From positions 1-25,460 of the forward strand of contig CAZYQV010000468.1 in assembly GCA_964649775.1 (NCBI GenBank): DNA of 25,460 bases, read 5' to 3'. Numbering within the stretch: the stretch's first letter is position 1; each line of letters begins with the position of its first letter. The DNA comes from an uncultured Rikenellaceae bacterium. GTDB taxonomy: Bacteria > Bacteroidota > Bacteroidia > Bacteroidales > VadinHA17. Below are positions 20,404 to 25,460 of the stretch, piece by piece. A program made the position numbers and the translations under genes. The notes under the pieces were generated by a model that was not told the origin of the DNA, made no database searches, and worked only from the letters and a program-made list of their open reading frames with translations.

Positions 20404-22554
20404 ATGAAAACCTATCAGACGAAGCAGCTCAGAAATGTAGTGTTACTGGGGAATGCAGGAGCGGGAAAGACGACCCTGGCCGAGGCGATGTTGTTCGCCG
20501 GCGGGGTGATCGACAGGAAAGGAAGCGTGGACCAGAAGAATACGGCCTCCGACTACAACCCTGTCGAGCTGGAACAGGAGAGTTCTGTTTTCTCCACCGT
20601 GCTTTATACGGAGTACAAGGATCATAAGATCAACTTCATTGATACCCCCGGCCTGGATGATTTCTCCGGGCAGGCTGTCGCCGGCATCTTCCCGGCCGAC
20701 ATGGCCCTGATCCTGGTCAATGCCCCCAACGGCGTGGAGGTGGGTACCGAGATACACTACCGTCATACCGACGACCGCAACAAACCGGTCACTTTTGTCA
20801 TCAACGGCCTCGACCATGAGAAATCCAACTACGAGAAGACGCTCGAGATGCTGAAGGACAGCTTCGGCAGCAAGCTGGCCATCATCCAGTTCCCGGTGAA
20901 CGAAGGTGACACCTTCAACGCCGTCATCGACGTGCTGAAGATGAAAATGTACAAGTACTCCGGCGGCAAAGCCGAGGTGCTCGACATACCGGACGAATAC
21001 AAGGAAAAAGCCGAAGAGCTTCACAACGAGCTGGTGGAGAAAGCTGCAGAGAACGACGAAGGGCTCATGGAGCTCTTCTTCGAGAAAGAGTCGCTCGACG
21101 AGGAAGAGATGCGCAAAGGCATACGCGAAGGACTGCTGAGCCGCGGGCTGATGCCGGTTTTCTGCACCTCGGCCAAGAAAGATGTGGGTGTCGACCGTCT
21201 GCTCGAGTTCATCGTCAACACGGCACCCTCGCCCGACGAGATGCCCGCGCCAACCAACAGCGAAGGCAAAGAGATCGCCTGTGATCCCAAAGGCCCCGTC
21301 TCCCTCTTCGTCTTCAAGACCTCCATCGAGGAGCATATCGGCGAAGTCAACTTCTTCAAGGTGATGTCGGGCGAGCTGAAAGAGGGCATGGACCTGATCA
21401 ACACCTCGGTGTCGGCGAAGGAGCGTATCAACCAGATCTTCGTCACCGCCGGCAAGAAACGCGACAAGGTGCCCGTGATGGTGGCCGGCGACATCGGGAG
21501 CACGGTGAAGCTGAAGAACACCAAGACCAACCACACGCTCAACGAGCCGGGACAGGACTGGACATGGCCGGCCATCGAGTATCCGCGGCCCAAGTACCGC
21601 ACGGCCATCAAGGCGGTCAACGAGTCGGACGACGAGAAACTGGGCGAAGCCCTCTCCCGTTTCCATGAGGAAGATCCCGCCGTCATCATCGAGTACTCCA
21701 AGGAGCTCAAACAGATCATCATCCACGGACAGGGAGAACACCATCTCAATATCCTGAAGTGGCATCTGGATAATATCTTCAAGATAGAGACACAGTTCAT
21801 GACGCCCAGGATCCCCTACCGCGAGACCATCACGAAGGTGGCTCAGGCCTCTTACCGTCACAAAAAACAGTCGGGCGGCGCCGGCCAGTTTGGTGAGGTA
21901 CACCTGGTCATAGAGCCCTACAAAGAGGGAGCTCCCGACCCCGAGGTCTACAAGGTGGGCGGCAAAGAGATCAAGGTGAGCGTGCGCGACAAGCAGGTGA
22001 TCGACCTCGACTGGGGCGGCAAGCTGGTCTTCTACAACTGTATCGTCGGCGGCTCCATCGACGCCCGTTTCCTGCCGGCCATCCTGAAAGGCATCATGGA
22101 ACGTATGGAAGAAGGTCCGCTGACAGGATCGTATGCCCGCGACATACGCGTAGCCGTCTACGACGGTAAGATGCACCCGGTCGACTCCAACGAGATATCC
22201 TTCAAGCTGGCAGGACGCAACGCCTTCAGCATGGCCTTCAAAGACGCCGGCCCGAAGATCATGGAACCTATCTATGAGGTGAATGTATGGGTGCCCTCCG
22301 ACAGGATGGGGGACGTGATGAGCGACCTGCAGGGACGCCGCGCCATCGTCCAGGGGATGAGCAGCGAGAAAGGTTTTGAGAAGATCACGGCCAAGGTGCC
22401 GCTGGCAGAGATGAACAAGTACTCCACAGCCCTCAGCTCGCTGACCAACGGACGTGCCATCTACACCATGGAATTCTCCGAGTACGCACAGGTGCCCGGC
22501 GAGATACAGGAAGAACTGCTCAAGGCCTACGAGGCCGAACAGCAGGAAGACTGA
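20404..22554 (+). CDS. fusA2: EF-G paralog, EF-G2 type (degenerate GTPase motifs, domain IV insertion)
   Basis: Five-domain EF-G layout (YRETIT...HKKQSGGAGQFGEV, YDGKMHPVDSNE, MGDVMSDLQGRR). Motifs altered: G1 GNAGAGKTT, switch I QESSVFS for RGITI, DTPGLDDF for [12 protein letters not shown] for NKMD. Confidence 0.92.
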   Translation: MKTYQTKQLRNVVLLGNAGAGKTTLAEAMLFAGGVIDRKGSVDQKNTASDYNPVELEQESSVFSTVLYTEYKDHKINFIDTPGLDDFSGQAVAGIFPADMALILVNAPNGVEVGTEIHYRHTDDRNKPVTFVINGLDHEKSNYEKTLEMLKDSFGSKLAIIQFPVNEGDTFNAVIDVLKMKMYKYSGGKAEVLDIPDEYKEKAEELHNELVEKAAENDEGLMELFFEKESLDEEEMRKGIREGLLSRGLMPVFCTSAKKDVGVDRLLEFIVNTAPSPDEMPAPTNSEGKEIACDPKGPVSLFVFKTSIEEHIGEVNFFKVMSGELKEGMDLINTSVSAKERINQIFVTAGKKRDKVPVMVAGDIGSTVKLKNTKTNHTLNEPGQDWTWPAIEYPRPKYRTAIKAVNESDDEKLGEALSRFHEEDPAVIIEYSKELKQIIIHGQGEHHLNILKWHLDNIFKIETQFMTPRIPYRETITKVAQASYRHKKQSGGAGQFGEVHLVIEPYKEGAPDPEVYKVGGKEIKVSVRDKQVIDLDWGGKLVFYNCIVGGSIDARFLPAILKGIMERMEEGPLTGSYARDIRVAVYDGKMHPVDSNEISFKLAGRNAFSMAFKDAGPKIMEPIYEVNVWVPSDRMGDVMSDLQGRRAIVQGMSSEKGFEKITAKVPLAEMNKYSTALSSLTNGRAIYTMEFSEYAQVPGEIQEELLKAYEAEQQED

Positions 22555-22556
22555 CA

Positions 22557-22590
22557 ATAAAAAAAGCTGCCTGCAGGCAGCTTTTTTTAT
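22557..22590. terminator. Bidirectional intrinsic terminator between fusA2 and the convergent PKD gene
   Basis: Perfect 34-bp palindrome ataaaaaaagctgcc-tgca-ggcagctttttttat, giving a T7 tail on both strands. Confidence 0.93.
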
Positions 22591-22643
22591 GCTCGATGCT
22601 TGATTGTTGAAGCTTGAAGTAATTCGGGCATCAAGCTTCGAGC
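22591..22643. repeat. Inverted array of degenerate heptamers (consensus GCTYGAW)
   Basis: GCTCGAT GCTTGAT TGTTGAA GCTTGAA gtaa TTCGGGC ATCAAGC TTCGAGC: four units forward, three inverted. Outer arms 22591-22604 and 22630-22643 match at 13/14. Confidence 0.7.
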
Positions 22644-22646
22644 TTC

Positions 22647-23951
22647 CTACTCCTTTTCCCGGATCAGGTAAACGGTGCCGCGGTAGAGCTTGCCCTCATA
22701 CCGCACATCATCCCACCCCACGGCACGGATCACATAGTAGTAGACACCGGGGCTGGCCTCGCCGTGACCGTTGATCTTGCCGTCCCAGCCCAGCCAGTCC
22801 TTCATCTCCTCACTGCCCCCCTGCCAGTCGTATATCTTGTAACCCAGCCGGTTGAACACCTTCATGTGCAGGTATTTCAATGACTTGCCGTACACACGGA
22901 AATAATCGTTGTAGCTGTCGCCGTTGGGGGTAAAGACGTTGGGGATCTCCAGCGCCGACGGCTCCACGACCACCTTGCGCGTGATGGTATCGGTACATCT
23001 TCCTCCGGGGAATTTCTTGCCGTTGGCTGTGAGCTTGACGAGATAATACGGGAAGGAAGGCGTGTTGGGGATATAGTAGGTATGGGTCTCGGGCGTCTCC
23101 AGCTCTGAATAGGTACTGTCGCCGAAATCCCAGAAAAAAGACTCGGCATTGAGCGACTTATTGGTGAAGTCCACCTCCAGCGGAGCCTCTCCCTTATCCG
23201 GGTCGATCTCGAAATCCGCCTTCACCTGGATCGTCTCGACAAAGACCTGCGCCTTGCTGCTGCACCCGAAGCTGTCGGCAACCTCCAGGTAATACCAGGT
23301 ATCTTCATAAGGGGGGGAAAAGGTGACCTTGGGGTTCTCGTCGATCTCCGGGTAGGGGATGGCAGAGTGCGGATTGGAGGTCCAGAGCACCTCATAACCG
23401 TTGGTGAGGGGGACAGCCGAAGAATCGGCAGGATCGTAATAATAAAAAGGGGTGAGGGTGACCTCCCTCGAGAGGGCCAGACGGTGGCACTTGTTCTGCT
23501 GTATGGCAATGGAGACATGCAGCGTGTCGATCATCACCCAGGCATAAAGCACCGTATCATAAGAGGCGCCGTCGCGTATGCGGACGGCATAGCCGCCGCC
23601 GGTGAGGCCGGAGGCCGTCGACTGCGACACACCGCTCTCGCTCTTCACCACCGAATCATAGGCAAAAGCCACCGGATCGAACATACGCCAGGTGAAATCC
23701 CAGCCGGCAGTGCCGCCGGGAGGGACAGCCGTCAGAGAGCCTTTGACCAAAGGATCATCGGTGCCGCACCAGATGAAGACGGGATCCCTGCGCAGACCCA
23801 GCGTATCGGAAGGGATACGCGTGGTGTCCACCGCCGAATGACCGTTGCCGGTGATCTGCGAAAAAACCTCCCCCCCGGGAAAAAGGAAGAGGATCAAAAA
23901 AAAGAGGATCGCTTTAAAACACCTTCGGGTTATGTCATTCTTCTTTCCCAA
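22647..23951 (-). CDS. Secreted PKD-domain protein with T9SS type-B (gliding motility-associated, CHU_C) C-terminal domain
   Basis: TTG start; signal peptide ending EVFS|Q. SprB-like segment GSLTAVPPGGTAGWDFTW...SGLTGGGYAVRI. PKD ADFEIDP..GEAPLEVDFTNKS...FWDFGD. CTD IPNVFTPNGDSYNDYF...FNRLG...WDG...PGVYYYVI. Confidence 0.88.
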   Translation of the reverse strand: MGKKNDITRRCFKAILFFLILFLFPGGEVFSQITGNGHSAVDTTRIPSDTLGLRRDPVFIWCGTDDPLVKGSLTAVPPGGTAGWDFTWRMFDPVAFAYDSVVKSESGVSQSTASGLTGGGYAVRIRDGASYDTVLYAWVMIDTLHVSIAIQQNKCHRLALSREVTLTPFYYYDPADSSAVPLTNGYEVLWTSNPHSAIPYPEIDENPKVTFSPPYEDTWYYLEVADSFGCSSKAQVFVETIQVKADFEIDPDKGEAPLEVDFTNKSLNAESFFWDFGDSTYSELETPETHTYYIPNTPSFPYYLVKLTANGKKFPGGRCTDTITRKVVVEPSALEIPNVFTPNGDSYNDYFRVYGKSLKYLHMKVFNRLGYKIYDWQGGSEEMKDWLGWDGKINGHGEASPGVYYYVIRAVGWDDVRYEGKLYRGTVYLIREKE

Positions 23952-24035
23952 GTTCTCAGAAAAATATGATTACAGTTGTGACGATTATTTAGAAAACGAA
24001 AATAGTGCAAAATATTTTATCCGTAACGGAAAAAG

Positions 24036-24072
24036 AAAAAAAAGAGCGGGTAAAACAGCCCGGCGGCCCGCT
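24036..24072 (-). terminator. Candidate intrinsic terminator/attenuator upstream of the PKD gene
   Basis: Minus strand AGCGGG-N16-CCCGCT-C-T8. The loop is unusually long. Confidence 0.4.
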
Positions 24073-24149
24073 GCAACGGCCTTCGGCGGATGTTCATAAC
24101 TTCCTGTAAGAAACCTCCCGGCCGGGCCGTGATTTTGGGAAACAATATA

Positions 24150-24157
24150 TATTTTTG
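24150..24157 (+). promoter_or_regulatory. Possible -7 promoter element for the helicase gene
   Basis: TATTTTTG fits TAnnTTTG, 18 nt before ATG 24176. No properly spaced -33 element (nearest TTTG is only 12 nt upstream). Confidence 0.45.
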
Positions 24158-24175
24158 AGCTTTCTTTTTTTGCCG

Positions 24176-25460
24176 ATGAACGATACTTTTCTGAACGACC
24201 TGAATGAGACGCAGCGTGAGGCTGTGCTCCACACCGACGGACCATCGCTGATCATCGCCGGAGCAGGCTCCGGCAAGACACGCGTGCTCACCTACCGCAT
24301 CGCCTGGCTGCTGACACAGGGCGTGCCGGCACGGCGTATCCTGGCCCTCACCTTCACCAACAAAGCGGCACGGGAGATGCGTGAACGTATCAAGAAACTT
24401 GTGGGTGAGGAAGAGGCGCGTTACCTGTGGATGGGCACCTTCCACTCTGTCTTTGCTCGCATCCTGCGCAGCGAAGCCCATCTGCTGGGGTACTCCTCCA
24501 GCTACAGCATCTACGACACCACCGACTCGCGCAACCTGCTCAAGACGATCATCAAAGAGATGAGGCTCGACGACAAGGTGTACAAACCCTCGACGGTGCA
24601 CAACAAGATCTCCTGGGCCAAGAACATGCTCATCACCGCCGGCGTCTACTCCACCCTGCCCGAGATCACACAACACGACGCCCGCATGCGCATGGACCGC
24701 ATGGGAGAGATCTACAAGACCTACGCCCGGCGCTGTCACAAGGCCGACGCCATGGACTTCGACGACCTGCTGCTGAACATGAACATCCTCTTCCGCGACT
24801 TCCCAGAAGTACTCGAAAAGTACAGGGATTACTTCCGTTATGTCCTCGTCGACGAGTACCAGGACACCAACATGGCCCAATACATGATCGTCAAAAAACT
24901 CTCGGAAGAACACAAGAACCTCTCCGTCGTGGGAGATGACGCCCAGAGCATCTACTCTTTCCGCGGGGCCCGCATCGAGAACATCCTCAATTTCCAGCAG
25001 GATTTCCCCGAGGCGAAGCTCTTCAAACTGGAGCAGAACTACCGCTCGACGAAGAATATTGTCAATGCCGCCAACAGCCTTATACGCAACAATGCAGGCC
25101 AGATACCCAAGGAGGTCTATTCGCGCAAGGAGGAAGGAGCCCCCATCGAGGTGATCGAGACAGAGACCGACAAAGAGGAGGGCTTCGTCATCAGCAACAA
25201 GATCTTCGACGAACATCTTCAGAACCAATGGAAATATGGCGATTTTGCCATCCTCTACCGCACCAACGCCCAGTCGCGCACCTTCGCGGAGGCGCTGCGC
25301 CGCCGCAATATCCCCTACCGCGTGTGGGGAGGAGTATCTTCTTACCAGCGCAAGGAGATCAAGGACGTGCTGGCCTACTTCCGCCTGGTGGTCAACCACA
25401 ACGACGACGAAGCCTTCAGACGCATCATCAACTACCCTGCCCGCGGCATCGGCAAGACCA
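24176..25460 (+). CDS. uvrD: UvrD/PcrA-family SF1 DNA helicase (3'-truncated by window; not in ORF track)
   Basis: Hand translation from ATG 24176: MNDTFLNDLNETQREAV...IIAGAGSGKTRVLTYRIA. In-frame DEYQDTN (24851), LYRTNAQS (25253) and INYPARGIG at the window end. Confidence 0.96.
   Translation, partial: MNDTFLNDLNETQREAVLHTDGPSLIIAGAGSGKTRVLTYRIAWLLTQGVPARRILALTFTNKAAREMRERIKKLVGEEEARYLWMGTFHSVFARILRSEAHLLGYSSSYSIYDTTDSRNLLKTIIKEMRLDDKVYKPSTVHNKISWAKNMLITAGVYSTLPEITQHDARMRMDRMGEIYKTYARRCHKADAMDFDDLLLNMNILFRDFPEVLEKYRDYFRYVLVDEYQDTNMAQYMIVKKLSEEHKNLSVVGDDAQSIYSFRGARIENILNFQQDFPEAKLFKLEQNYRSTKNIVNAANSLIRNNAGQIPKEVYSRKEEGAPIEVIETETDKEEGFVISNKIFDEHLQNQWKYGDFAILYRTNAQSRTFAEALRRRNIPYRVWGGVSSYQRKEIKDVLAYFRLVVNHNDDEAFRRIINYPARGIGKT

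Noticed and set aside
20443-22557. 704-aa ORF antisense to fusA2, and similar long antisense ORFs at 17078-19138, 227-1645 and 24017-25399
   Set aside because: They lie codon-in-register opposite well-conserved genes with strong G/C third-position bias, which depletes antisense stops. The translations show no recognisable motifs. Shadow ORFs.
24073-24118. Fragments resembling the glycine riboswitch (GGAG...CGCCGAAGG) or SRP RNA (CC-GAA-GG...GCAGC)
   Set aside because: The downstream CUCAGG of glycine aptamers and the CAGGnCCGGAAGG spacing of SRP helix 8 are absent, so no family assignment was made.

Overview
Bacteroidota (Bacteroidales-like) core-genome window. Most of it (1875-20014, minus strand) is one uninterrupted str-S10-spc-alpha ribosomal-protein superoperon of 33 genes: rpsL-rpsG-fusA-rpsJ...secY-map-infA-rpmJ-rpsM-rpsK-rpsD-rpoA-rplQ. 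It lacks tuf and adk, as is usual for this phylum. It has one clear TTG-N19-TAnnTTTG promoter and one intrinsic terminator. The ORF track misses rpmJ (5081-5197) and the terminal UvrD/PcrA helicase (24176 to window end), and over-extends rplD and the SpoIIE gene. Left flank: the 3' end of a receiver-domain protein, converging on a membrane Y_Y_Y-SpoIIE (PP2C) phosphatase. Right flank: an EF-G2-type paralog with a degenerate GTPase centre transcribed head-to-head with rpsL, then a T9SS type-B CTD/PKD protein and the helicase. I see no mobile element, CRISPR array, rRNA or tRNA, and no obvious new multi-gene system. The best leads are (i) the EF-G2 gene back-to-back with the canonical EF-G operon, (ii) short-period repeat arrays directly after stop codons (infA-rpmJ spacer; 3' of the PKD gene), (iii) a GC-rich attenuator-like structure upstream of the T9SS cargo gene, and (iv) a very long, repeat-built acidic tail on L17.
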